Source: Candidatus Marinacidobacterales bacterium
GTDB lineage: Bacteria; Acidobacteriota; Vicinamibacteria; Marinacidobacterales; DATDRI01
NCBI GenBank assembly: GCA_965226495.1
Contig: OZ245365.1
Coordinates: forward strand, 3,648,001 to 3,712,000
Reading direction: 5' to 3'
DNA: 64,000 bases
Under the pieces are notes generated by a model that saw nothing but the letters and a program-made list of their open reading frames with translations, ran no database searches and was not told the DNA's origin. The translations under genes and the position numbers were made by a program. Shown here in pieces: positions 30,785 to 40,454 of the stretch. Position 1 is the first letter of the stretch. Every line of letters begins with the position of its first letter.

Positions 30785-33700
30785 TTACGAAGCGAGTGGC
30801 GCGGGGACGACCGGGGTCCCTTCTTCGAGCTTCACCGACACAAGCTTGGAGATCCCCGGCTCCTCCATGGTCACGCCGTACATCTGATCGGCGTGCTCCA
30901 TCGTTCTGAGGTTGTGGGTGATGACGATGAATTGGGTTGTTTTCCTGAGCTCTGCCAGCATGGAGAGGAACCGGCCGACGTTGGCCTCGTCAAGCGGAGC
31001 GTCCACTTCGTCCAAGAGACAAAAGGGTGAGGGCTTGTAACGGAAGATGGCAAACATGATGGCGATCGCGGTCATTGCCTTCTCCCCTCCGGAGAGAAGC
31101 AACACGTTTTGAAGTTTCTTCCCCGGCGGCTGCGCGATGATATCGATGCCGCTCTCCAGTACGTCGTTCTCGTCGATGAGTCGAAGGCCGGCCCGACCGC
31201 CCCCGAAGAGCTGTTTGAATGTCGCCGCGAAGTGATGGTTGATCCTCTCGAGGGCTTCCAGGAACTTTTGCCGAGAGGTGGAATCGATCCGCTGGATCGC
31301 CTTTTCGGTAGACGCGATGGAGTCGAGAAGATCCTTGCGCTGACGGGTGAGGAACTCATCCCGTGTCTCGAGCTCAAGATACTCTTCGTCGGCCATCGGG
31401 TTCACCGGGCCGATGGAATCCAACTTCTGTTTAAGCTCGGAGAGCTCCCCAACGAGCCCCTCGTGGTCCTTGCGGAGATCCCCGGGGCTCAACAATTGAG
31501 CCGCTTCCGGGAGTGTCATCTGGTGTGATTCTTGGAAGCTCTCACGGAGGTGACTCATCTCTGACTCCTCCCTGGCCAGAGCGATTTCTTCGGTGGAGCG
31601 TTTTTCACGTGTCTCATCCAGCTCTTTTCGCCGGAGCTTCAAAGCCCCCTCCGTTGCCTCGATGCGCCCCCGAAGCCGGCCCGCCGCCTCCTCGAGGCCG
31701 GCGAAGCCCTCCCGGAGCGAGTCCCTTTGGGAGAGAGACTGGGTTAGCTCGGTTTCGGCATTGGCGAGCTCTTCCTTAACCTCGGATAAACGCTCGCCAA
31801 GCCCGAGCTGTTCTTTTCGCCCCGCTTCGGTACGCGTTCCGAGCTCACTAACACCTTCTTGTAAACGTTCAACGTCCACCCTGACTGCCTGCACGCGCTC
31901 TCGCAGCGCGGCGACGGTAGTGGCCTCTTCCGCAGCCTTGCTTTGAAGGCCGTCGACCTCGGTCCGACGCTCGACCAAACTGGACCGGGCTTCCTCCAAT
32001 CGAGACTCGATCTGATTCTTGGCTTCTTCTTCGGAGGCAAGCGAGCCTTCCATTTCCACCCGTTTGTCACCTAAGTTGCTCTTCTCGGAATCGGCACGTG
32101 CCAGCTCACTCGACGAGACTTCGGTTTTTCGCTCCACCCGCGTCCACTCTTCGTCGAACTGACGGGCCCGATGCTCGAGGCCAACGAGGACCTTTTCCAG
32201 AGAGTGTTGTTCCTCCAAAACGGAAGCCAATCTCTCCTCTCTTGCTCCGAGCTCTTTCTGGATCTCTTCCTTGCGAACTTCCTGCCGACTGAGCTCGGTC
32301 GCGTTTTGGGATAACTTCTCCTGGAGCTCACGGATTTCTCGCCGGCTACTGAGCAACCCCTCGCTCGGCCCTCCAGGACCGGCCCGCAGCACTCCCGGTG
32401 GAGCGAGCACTTCTCCACTCGCTAAGCTCACGTAAGGTACCCCGGACTCGCGGCGGAAAGCTCGAAGCGCAGCCTCGATCCCATCGACCACGATCGCGTC
32501 GGGAAGCGAACGTCGTAGAAGCTCAGACTTGCCGTTCGTCCAATGAACCGCATCACTGAGAAGCCCCACCACTCCGTCGACTTCCTTGCGTCGAAGATTC
32601 TCGAGGGCATCTCGGACTGCCGAAGTCTTCGTCGGGCCTATCTGGCTTGACGTACTTGGCAGGCTTATTAGGGACTCAATGAGAAAGTCACAGCGCCCGG
32701 CGTCTTCCTTTTCAAGCCATCGCTGAGCCGCCAGGGCATCCTCCTCGTTCTCGACCAAAATGCGCTGGAGAGACTCTCCGTAGAAACGCTCCGCGGCTCG
32801 CTCGAACTTGGGGTCGACCTCAACCGAGTCCGCGAGCACGCCTCCGAGCCGAACCTCTAAGTCCGGCCCGGCGGTGAGCAAACGGCGAGCTCCCGCCCCG
32901 AAATGCGTCCTGGACGTCACCAGCTCTTCGAGGGAGGCGAGCCGACCAGAAAACGAAGAGGCCTCTTCCCGTCCGCGGACCAACTCGTGATCGACCTGCG
33001 CCAGGTCACGTCTGAGGTCGGCCACTTCTCGCTCGGTGGTCTCTCGCTCACCGACGAGCCGTGCCGCGGTCACCCGCCGCTCCTCAAGCTCCTCTGCGAG
33101 ACTCAGCTTTTCTCCCTCGAGGCGCTGGCGTTCAGTTGTTAGCTCGCGCATCTCCTCCCGAAGCTTCAACGCTTCCGACGAGACCTTGTCCACGTTCGCC
33201 AGAACACCTTGTAGAAAATTGTTGAGCGTCGCGATCTTGCTGATGCGATGCACGAGCTCCGCACGACTCTCTTCGAGCTCCTGCTCCGTCTCGGCGAGCG
33301 ACGCGGCTGCCCGGGAGAGCTCCTCTTGAGTCCGAGCCGCATTTGCCTCGAGCTCCGTGAGTTTAGCCGTCGCCGCCTTCTCGTCACTGCGCCGAAGCTC
33401 TAGTTGCCGGGCAGCTGGGCCCAGACGCATCTCGAGCTCTTCGAGCTCTTGTCCAAGCTGGCTCTGACGACTGTCGACGTCTTTCAATTGCTGACCGCCC
33501 CGGGCGATCTGACTATCCAGTCGCTCGATCCCGATCTCCAAGCGGTGGAGCTTCTCGCGGGTCTCCTCCAGGCTGGATTCTTGTTCTGCCTGTTCCAACC
33601 GCAAGCGCTCGAGATAGTTCTCGGCGGTCACCAAGCTGGTGGAACGCCGAAGCTCTTCGTCAACCGCAGTCTGGAGAACCTGTCGCAAGTGTCCAAGCTT

Positions 33701-34414
33701 GCGCTCGAGCTCTTGACTCTTCTTCACCGCAACAATCTGCTCGATATGACTCATCGAGGCGCGCAGACGTTTGTAGCGCCTCGCTTTGCCAGCCTGGCGC
33801 TTGAGCGAATTCATCTGTCGCTCGACCTCGTAGACGATGTCGTTCACGCGCAACAGGTTTTGCTGAGCGGCTTGTAGTTTCACCTCGGCGGAGCGGCGAC
33901 GTACCCTGTACCTGGTAATCCCGGCCGCCTCCTCGATCACTGCACGTCGGTCGGACGCCTTGCTGGAAAGAATCAGCCCTATCTTGCCCTGCTCGATGAT
34001 CGAATAGGCCTTGTTACCCATCCCGGTGTCCATGAAGAGCTCGACGATATCTCGCAGGCGACAGGGGCTGCCGTCTAGCAGGTATTCGCTGTCCCCCGAG
34101 CGATATAAACGCCGCGTGACCACGGCTTCCCGCAAGCCCGCTCCATTACCGTTGATGTTGGATAGGCGGAGGTTGACCTCGGCGAAGCCGACGGGCGGGC
34201 GGCGTTCGCTGCCATTGAAGATGAGGTCCTCCATCTTTTGGCCCCTGAGGCTCTTGGCGCTCTGCTCACCGAGAGCCCACCCGATAGCGTCCGAGATGTT
34301 GCTCTTGCCGCACCCGTTGGGCCCAACGATGGCGGTAACCCCTTCGTGGAAGGACAGTTCGGTCCGTTCACCGAAGCTCTTGAAACCTATTATGTCTACC
34401 CGGTCTAGTCTCAT
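30785..34414 (-). CDS. smc: Chromosome segregation protein SMC
   Basis: GFKSF, GPNGCGKSN, long coiled coils with hinge, LSGGEK, LLDEVDAPLD. Confidence 0.98.
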   Translation of the reverse strand: MRLDRVDIIGFKSFGERTELSFHEGVTAIVGPNGCGKSNISDAIGWALGEQSAKSLRGQKMEDLIFNGSERRPPVGFAEVNLRLSNINGNGAGLREAVVTRRLYRSGDSEYLLDGSPCRLRDIVELFMDTGMGNKAYSIIEQGKIGLILSSKASDRRAVIEEAAGITRYRVRRRSAEVKLQAAQQNLLRVNDIVYEVERQMNSLKRQAGKARRYKRLRASMSHIEQIVAVKKSQELERKLGHLRQVLQTAVDEELRRSTSLVTAENYLERLRLEQAEQESSLEETREKLHRLEIGIERLDSQIARGGQQLKDVDSRQSQLGQELEELEMRLGPAARQLELRRSDEKAATAKLTELEANAARTQEELSRAAASLAETEQELEESRAELVHRISKIATLNNFLQGVLANVDKVSSEALKLREEMRELTTERQRLEGEKLSLAEELEERRVTAARLVGERETTEREVADLRRDLAQVDHELVRGREEASSFSGRLASLEELVTSRTHFGAGARRLLTAGPDLEVRLGGVLADSVEVDPKFERAAERFYGESLQRILVENEEDALAAQRWLEKEDAGRCDFLIESLISLPSTSSQIGPTKTSAVRDALENLRRKEVDGVVGLLSDAVHWTNGKSELLRRSLPDAIVVDGIEAALRAFRRESGVPYVSLASGEVLAPPGVLRAGPGGPSEGLLSSRREIRELQEKLSQNATELSRQEVRKEEIQKELGAREERLASVLEEQHSLEKVLVGLEHRARQFDEEWTRVERKTEVSSSELARADSEKSNLGDKRVEMEGSLASEEEAKNQIESRLEEARSSLVERRTEVDGLQSKAAEEATTVAALRERVQAVRVDVERLQEGVSELGTRTEAGRKEQLGLGERLSEVKEELANAETELTQSLSQRDSLREGFAGLEEAAGRLRGRIEATEGALKLRRKELDETREKRSTEEIALAREESEMSHLRESFQESHQMTLPEAAQLLSPGDLRKDHEGLVGELSELKQKLDSIGPVNPMADEEYLELETRDEFLTRQRKDLLDSIASTEKAIQRIDSTSRQKFLEALERINHHFAATFKQLFGGGRAGLRLIDENDVLESGIDIIAQPPGKKLQNVLLLSGGEKAMTAIAIMFAIFRYKPSPFCLLDEVDAPLDEANVGRFLSMLAELRKTTQFIVITHNLRTMEHADQMYGVTMEEPGISKLVSVKLEEGTPVVPAPLAS

Positions 34415-34450
34415 AGCCTTATGGCGTCATTAAATGTCTACGGAAATCGG

Positions 34451-34480
34451 AGTTTAGCACAGCTCGCGAGCCGGGTTCAA
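34451..34480 (-). promoter_or_regulatory. Sigma70-type promoter of smc
   Basis: Minus strand TTGAAC-N18-TAAACT with extended -10 TG. Confidence 0.55.
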
Positions 34481-34487
34481 CGAGGAA

Positions 34488-34534
34488 GCCCTAGATGTGG
34501 TGGAAAGGCTTTCTCGTCCTACTATATCTACCTG
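34488..34534. promoter_or_regulatory. Tandem NrdR boxes
   Basis: gccCTAGATGTGGtgg (34488-34503) and ctaCTATATCTACctg (34519-34534), 31 bp apart; NrdR-box consensus acaCwAtATaTwGtg. Confidence 0.65.
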
Positions 34535-34708
34535 CAACTGCCGAGTCTCTCAGACCCTCAATGGACGCCAGAACAGGAGGTTACAAGCCGAAAACCTCGT
34601 CAAGTACCGGCTGCCTTCGAGCGTTTGGCCTTATCTGAAGCGCTGTGTTAATTTGGATCGGCCAACTTGCAATATCGCCGAGTATCGCCTCACCGCTACT
34701 AACTCCCC

Positions 34709-37054
34709 ATGCTGCGCATTCTCGATCGATACACCCTACGTGAGATAGGCCCCCCATTCTTGCTGGGGCTTGGTGTGTTCACATTCGTCTTCCTGCTCAA
34801 CGAGATCCTTCGTTACGCCCAGATCCTGATCGCCCAAGGGGCTAGCCTCAGCAGCGTGGTCGGTATCCTTATCAATTTGCTGCCGAGCGTGCTTTGCTTG
34901 ACGATCCCGATGGGGGTCCTACTCGGAATCCTCATCGCGCTAGGCCGACTCGCCGCCGACAGCGAGATCATCGCGCTTCGAGCTAGCGGTGTCAGCCTCT
35001 ATCGCTTGCTTCGGCCCATCATGGTGGCCGCCACGATAGGCTGGATGGCAACCTCCTATTTGATCATAGAGGTCCTGCCCGACTCGAACCAAGAAGTCCG
35101 CAAGCTCCTTTTTCAAGTTATCGCGTCCAAAGCGAAGACCGACATCCGCCCGCGGGTCTTCTACGACACGCTCTTCCCTAGCTTTATGTTCCTCGTGATG
35201 GACATGCCATCGGGTGACGAAAACTGGAGCAACGTGTTCCTGGCCGACCTGACTTCCCCTACCGCCCCCCGAATCACCTTGGCTCGTGCCGGGCAGCTGG
35301 TGGTCGACTCCGAACAGAGGACGGTCAATTTCTACCTGCGAGACGGTGAAAGCCACCAGGTGACCTACGCACGTCCTGGCGAGTACGACCTGCAGACATT
35401 CTCGGAGACCGTGCTTCCGTTGACGAACGAAACCTTCTTCCCTCCGGAGGACATGGACGTACCGCGCGGAGCGAGGGAGATGGGAATCCCGCAGCTTTTC
35501 GAGTCCTATCAAAAATCGGGTCTCCCCGTATATTTGGTCGAGATTCACAAGAAGTTCTCGATTCCCTTCGCCTGCTTCGTCTTCGGTGTCCTGGGCTTGG
35601 CGCTCGGGATTCGCAACCGTCGCGAGGGTCGTTCCTGGGGATTCGTGGTGAGCATCGCCGTCATATTCGTCTACTACGTTCTCATCCAACTGGGGGACGG
35701 CGTCGCGAAGCAAGGAAATCTTTCGCCTTCGCTCGCGATGTGGATGCCCAACGTAGCGCTCGGAGTTGCGGGACTGACGCTTCTCATGAGAAACGCACGG
35801 GAATCGTCCGCCGGCCTCCCCGCCATCGGGATTGCCATCAAGAGCGGCATCCAAAAACTCTGGCGTTTGGTCCGACGGGCCCCGGCCGATTCAAAGGCTC
35901 TTCCCCAAGGATCGAATCGCCTCGGTTCGCGACCGGTCGTGGTGCTCCGCATCCCGCGTATCGTCCTCCGATTCCCGAATACACTTGATCGCTACATCTC
36001 TCGTGAGTTCTTCCGTTACTTCGGCCTGGTGCTGGCGGCCCTCATCGTGGTCTTCGTTTTGGGATTACTTGTGGACGTGATTCCGTCCGCCATCGAAAAT
36101 CGGGTCAAGGGCAAGCTCGTCGTCGACTACGTGGGTAACGAGTTGCCTCAGATTCTCTTTCACATGTTGCCCTTGGCAACACTCATGGCCACACTCATCA
36201 ACTTTGCCCTTTTCTCCAAGACCAGCGAGCTCATCGCTGCCAAGGCGGGCGGAATCAGCATGTACCGCGTCTCGATTCCCGTCGCGTTGATCGGCTTCTT
36301 CGTCAGCTTGTTTTGTTTCGGAATCCAAGATTATCTCCTTCCCTATACCAACCGACGCGCCTCCGAATTGCGTGATGAGATCAAAGACCGACCGGTCCAA
36401 ACGCACAACCTGCTCAACCGCCGGTGGATGCTGGGTCAAGACGAGCGGATCTACAACTACGTCTATTACGACACGCAGGAGCGGCTCTTCAACGGACTTG
36501 CCGTCTACGAATTCGATCCTGACCACTTCTCACTCACCCAGCGTTTCTATGCACAGACCGCCGCCTGGGATCAGACCTCCGCCAGCTGGTTGCTCCGAGA
36601 CGGCTGGTTGCGTCACTTCAACGCGCAAACCGGGATCGAGCGCTTCGACGAGCTCGGCATGCGCGCGATGGAACCTCCTGATTACTTCAGTAAGGAGCGA
36701 CGCCAGTCGAGCCAGATGACCTATTTCGAGCTCTCCGAGTATATCGATGAGTTGAGTCGGTCGGGATTCGATGTGGTGCGTCTGAAGGTGGCGCTTTACA
36801 GCAAGATCTCGTTTCCGTTGGCGGCGCTAGTCACCTTGCTTATTGGAGTCCCATTCTCTTTTACGCCCGGCAAGAAGGGAGCCCTCTACGGAATCGGGAT
36901 CGCGATCGTCGTTGGACTGACCTACTACATTACGACGCGCGTGTTCGCCTTCATGGGGGACTCGGCTATTCTGCCTCCCCTCATGGCGGCCTGGGCGCCG
37001 AACGTACTCTTCGGCGTCGCCGCGCTGTACGCGCTCTTCATGGTCAAGACCTAG
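34709..37054 (+). CDS. Fused LptF/LptG LPS export ABC permease
   Basis: Two YjgP/YjgQ-type halves (ILDRY..GRLAADSEIIALRASG; TLDRY..SKTSELIAAKAGG; each with a W.PN motif). Confidence 0.9.
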   Translation: MLRILDRYTLREIGPPFLLGLGVFTFVFLLNEILRYAQILIAQGASLSSVVGILINLLPSVLCLTIPMGVLLGILIALGRLAADSEIIALRASGVSLYRLLRPIMVAATIGWMATSYLIIEVLPDSNQEVRKLLFQVIASKAKTDIRPRVFYDTLFPSFMFLVMDMPSGDENWSNVFLADLTSPTAPRITLARAGQLVVDSEQRTVNFYLRDGESHQVTYARPGEYDLQTFSETVLPLTNETFFPPEDMDVPRGAREMGIPQLFESYQKSGLPVYLVEIHKKFSIPFACFVFGVLGLALGIRNRREGRSWGFVVSIAVIFVYYVLIQLGDGVAKQGNLSPSLAMWMPNVALGVAGLTLLMRNARESSAGLPAIGIAIKSGIQKLWRLVRRAPADSKALPQGSNRLGSRPVVVLRIPRIVLRFPNTLDRYISREFFRYFGLVLAALIVVFVLGLLVDVIPSAIENRVKGKLVVDYVGNELPQILFHMLPLATLMATLINFALFSKTSELIAAKAGGISMYRVSIPVALIGFFVSLFCFGIQDYLLPYTNRRASELRDEIKDRPVQTHNLLNRRWMLGQDERIYNYVYYDTQERLFNGLAVYEFDPDHFSLTQRFYAQTAAWDQTSASWLLRDGWLRHFNAQTGIERFDELGMRAMEPPDYFSKERRQSSQMTYFELSEYIDELSRSGFDVVRLKVALYSKISFPLAALVTLLIGVPFSFTPGKKGALYGIGIAIVVGLTYYITTRVFAFMGDSAILPPLMAAWAPNVLFGVAALYALFMVKT

Positions 37055-37080
37055 GACGTAGTGCGAGCGATTGGGCCCCC

Positions 37081-37160
37081 GCGCAAAGCCATCAGCTGTC
37101 CCGAAGCCGCTTGCCGGCGAAGGGACGGCGGTGGGGGTGGGGCCCCGCCGCACTGATGAA
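37081..37160 (+). repeat. Intergenic repeat family B copy
   Basis: AGCCATCAGCTGTCCC..GCCGCTTGCCGGCGAAGGGACGGC..TGGGGGTGGGGCCCCGC..ACTGATG between convergent genes. Confidence 0.75.
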
Positions 37161-37187
37161 GGTGCCGTGAAACTCTTGAGCACCCTG

Positions 37188-38975
37188 CTAATCTTCCGCC
37201 GCACAAAACTCGAGAGCTCGCACTTCAATTAATCCCGACGTTCCGGGACGGGTGTTGCCAGCGTCCAGAACAAAGAAGAGGCCGCGCGTTTCCCCGAGAT
37301 CGAGATGCCCGTCAGTCGTCTCGCTGATGCTGCGGAGCTTCTCGAAGGGGAGGACCACGTCGCGCCACTCGCCCGAGGTGGTGAAGGAGCTCGCCCACCA
37401 CTCGGTGTCTTCCACCGAAGCACCGGACCGCGCGTCGCGAAGCTGCACCGTGACACGGTACATGTCCTCTCCCCGGACTTGGAATCGGATGGCGTCAAAA
37501 CCGGCAAGGTCACGGGGAGTCCGATCGGCGACCGAGCACCAGACATAGGGTCGGTCGCCTCTAGGCTCGGAGAGGTGGAATTCCATGCGAAACGCATCCC
37601 CAGAAGAAAGCGCGCCCTGCTCATCCATTCGCGATGCGGGATCGTGCTCGGCGTGAAACGCCATCTTCCATGGTTCCTCACCCACGGGCTGGCAGATCAT
37701 CGTCGCCGCGGACCGAGCGACAGGAAGACGCGGCAAGTCTGTCCTGCGAGCCCGCCGAAGATCCGCTACCTCGCTTGATGAGACGAAGATGGGGTTAGAG
37801 ACGATCCAAGGCTGCTCGCGTCGACCAGGAACGAATCGCGAGTCCAGAATAGCCTCCACACGATAGACGCCCGGTCCATCGACAGGGAGCGACAGCGCGC
37901 GGTCAGTCGACTCCACCAGGGACGCGCCGTTTTTCAATAGGCGTAACCGCGTTCCAGCCGGAGCCTCCACCGAGGCGACCAATCGGAGCGAGCCGGTCTC
38001 GACCAACTCGACGGGAACATGGCTTCCAATTGGCCATTCGCGAAAACCGTCCTCTGCATAGAACCGGAATCGAGAGCCGTCGGCCAGTCCATCGAAGCTC
38101 ATGAACCCCTTACCGTTCTTGAGGGCGCGATAGATCGACGCCCGGTCTTTTGCCGCATCACCGACGAGAGGTTCGTCCAATACCAAATGGTTACGTGCCA
38201 TCTCGAAAACGGATCGGTAGCTTGGCCAGGGCAGCTGCAGACCCCAGGGCACCGTGAGGCGACCGTGCGCGTCGAGACCTATCCAAGCGACCACATCGCG
38301 CTCTGCAAGCATTCGGTCCCACTTTTCGAAGAGCCGCGGCTCCCAGTCCAACCCGGCAGCTAGGGCGCGCCGCGGGGAGAAGGGATAGACAGCCGCCGCG
38401 ATGCCGACACGTAAACCGCCTTGACGTCTCCATCCACTGAAGAAATTGAAAAGCTCGATACCAGTGAGGCCGGAAACATCCCAATCGGCCCAGGCGAAAT
38501 TGGCCCTCCGCGCGTACGGATGAGCTGCGATGGCAAAACCCCCCATCCCATCGATGTCTCTGAGCGTCTCCGTGAGATCGGTGGAGAAGCGAAGGACGGG
38601 ATCCGGGATGTCGAGCGCAAGAACGTGCCCTCCTTCGGTCGCGACCTCGCTTCCCGCGAGAAGCAGCACACCTTCCCGATACTCCTGGCCCTCGTTTCGA
38701 AGCGCATCCGGGTCGCGGTGATCGGTGAGCACCACGAAATCGAGACCCGCATGGTTCGCGGCAAGAAGGATGTCGGCCACGCTTCCGGACCCGTCGGAAT
38801 AGCAGGAGTGCGCGTGAACGACGCCGACCGCGCGCCGCGCGACATCCGAACCGGAGGCGTCGGCGAGCAGGGACGGCGGCGGCTTGGAAGGAAGACTCGC
38901 GACGACGACGATAGCGGCGATGACCGCGATCACTAGAAGGACGAAGAGCGTGAGGAGGGCGGAGCGAAACCGCAT
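37188..38975 (-). CDS. Membrane-anchored PHP-family (CehA/McbA-like) metallohydrolase with C-terminal CBM11/CIA30-like domain
   Basis: N-terminal TM; HAHSCYSDG, LTDH, AHP, DAH metal motifs; WIVSNPI; C-terminal DLAGFDAIRFQVRG..WRDVVLPFEKL. Confidence 0.75.
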   Translation of the reverse strand: MRFRSALLTLFVLLVIAVIAAIVVVASLPSKPPPSLLADASGSDVARRAVGVVHAHSCYSDGSGSVADILLAANHAGLDFVVLTDHRDPDALRNEGQEYREGVLLLAGSEVATEGGHVLALDIPDPVLRFSTDLTETLRDIDGMGGFAIAAHPYARRANFAWADWDVSGLTGIELFNFFSGWRRQGGLRVGIAAAVYPFSPRRALAAGLDWEPRLFEKWDRMLAERDVVAWIGLDAHGRLTVPWGLQLPWPSYRSVFEMARNHLVLDEPLVGDAAKDRASIYRALKNGKGFMSFDGLADGSRFRFYAEDGFREWPIGSHVPVELVETGSLRLVASVEAPAGTRLRLLKNGASLVESTDRALSLPVDGPGVYRVEAILDSRFVPGRREQPWIVSNPIFVSSSEVADLRRARRTDLPRLPVARSAATMICQPVGEEPWKMAFHAEHDPASRMDEQGALSSGDAFRMEFHLSEPRGDRPYVWCSVADRTPRDLAGFDAIRFQVRGEDMYRVTVQLRDARSGASVEDTEWWASSFTTSGEWRDVVLPFEKLRSISETTDGHLDLGETRGLFFVLDAGNTRPGTSGLIEVRALEFCAAED

Positions 38976-38997
38976 CGCTCTCAGGGTATACCACGCC

Positions 38998-39066
38998 GAA
39001 TTTCGGGGACAGGTTATTTATTTCAGCTCGACGTAACCGGAAATAAACAAACTGTCCCCGAAATTC
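38998..39066. repeat. 69-bp palindromic REP/MITE-like element
   Basis: Perfect 15-bp terminal inverted repeat GAATTTCGGGGACAG / CTGTCCCCGAAATTC plus inner TTTATTTC/GAAATAAA. Confidence 0.8.
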
Positions 39067-39067
39067 T

Positions 39068-40219
39068 CTACAGTCCGGCGTCTTTGCGAAGCCCGTCGGC
39101 CTTGTCGGTTTTCTCCCAGGTGAACTCCGGCTCGTTGCGACCGAAATGCCCATAGACGGCGGTTTTCTTGAAGATGGGCCGCCTCAGGTTCAAAGTCTCG
39201 ATGATCTCTCGCGGGGTCAGCGCAAAATGCGAACGGATTAGCCCGCTAATCTTCTCTTCGCTCACTTTTCCGGTTCCAAAGGTATCGACCATGATGGACA
39301 CTGGCTCCGGCACGCCGATCGCGTAAGCCAATTGGACTTCGACCTTTTTGGCCAATCCGCCGGCCACGATGTTCTTCGCGATGTGCCGTGCCATGTAGGA
39401 AGCCGAGCGGTCCACCTTCGTTGGGTCCTTTCCGGAGAATGCTCCGCCTCCGTGGCTTCCCACACCACCGTAGGTATCGACAATGATCTTTCGACCGGTG
39501 ACACCGCAATCGCCCATCGGCCCGCCGATCACGAAACGACCAGTGGGATTGATGAAGTACTTGGTATCTTTGTCGAGCAGTTTTTCCGGGATAACCTGCT
39601 GGATGATCTGTTCTTTGATCTCCTCGCGGAGAGTCTCGTTCTTCACGAGATTGGAGTGCTGAGAGGAGATGACGACCGCCTCGATGCGAACCGGGCGATC
39701 CCCCTCGTACTCGACGGTGACCTGACTCTTGCCGTCGGGCCTTAGGTAGTCCAAGATCTCTTTCTTTCGGGCTTCCGCCAAGCGCTGCACGAGCTTGTGT
39801 GCCAACATGATCGGCATCGGCATCAGCTCTTCGGTCTCGTCGCACGCGTAGCCAAACATCAATCCCTGGTCGCCCGCGCCTCCTGGATCGACGCCCTGTG
39901 CGATGTCCGGGGACTGCTCCTTGACGGCCGAGATGACACCACAGGTTTCGTAATCGAAGCCAAACTTGGCACGGGTGTAGCCCACGTCGCGTATCGTATT
40001 GCGCACGATTTCCGATAGGTCTGCCGAGGCCTTACTGGTGATCTCCCCGGCAATGATGGCCAGCCCGGTCGTCACGAGAGTCTCGCACGCCACGCGGGAG
40101 TTCGGGTCGTCCTTGATAAGGGTGTCCAGAATAGAGTCCGAGATTTGATCTGCGATCTTGTCCGGATGGCCTTCGGTGACCGACTCGGATGTAAAAAGGT
40201 GCTTTCCGTCCTTGCTCAT
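39068..40219 (-). CDS. metK: S-adenosylmethionine synthetase
   Basis: [46 protein letters not shown]. Confidence 0.98.
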   Translation of the reverse strand: MSKDGKHLFTSESVTEGHPDKIADQISDSILDTLIKDDPNSRVACETLVTTGLAIIAGEITSKASADLSEIVRNTIRDVGYTRAKFGFDYETCGVISAVKEQSPDIAQGVDPGGAGDQGLMFGYACDETEELMPMPIMLAHKLVQRLAEARKKEILDYLRPDGKSQVTVEYEGDRPVRIEAVVISSQHSNLVKNETLREEIKEQIIQQVIPEKLLDKDTKYFINPTGRFVIGGPMGDCGVTGRKIIVDTYGGVGSHGGGAFSGKDPTKVDRSASYMARHIAKNIVAGGLAKKVEVQLAYAIGVPEPVSIMVDTFGTGKVSEEKISGLIRSHFALTPREIIETLNLRRPIFKKTAVYGHFGRNEPEFTWEKTDKADGLRKDAGL

Positions 40220-40454
40220 CTCGTCCTCCAAGCCAACTGCGCCTAATTGGTAGTTCCCGGTCCCGAGACGACCGTCAAATGGCCGTTTTAATGGATCGGC
40301 GACAAAGTCGACCTTTGTAACATACCCTCAAAGCCAGGTCAACGGATAATGCTCCTCCTCCACGACCTCCTCGTCGTAGGCGTTGGCGATGGCGATGGCC
40401 CAACCCAGGAAGCCACTTGAATCCTAGGCCTCTTTTCGATTCAATCGCAGTCGA

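Noticed and set aside
34709-37054. LptF-LptG fusion as a novelty
   Set aside because: To my knowledge this fusion is common in Acidobacteriota; useful as a taxonomic hint only.
40220-40345. SAM riboswitch upstream of metK
   Set aside because: No SAM-I or SAM-II core recognisable; only a possible TTGACC-N17-TACAAA promoter.
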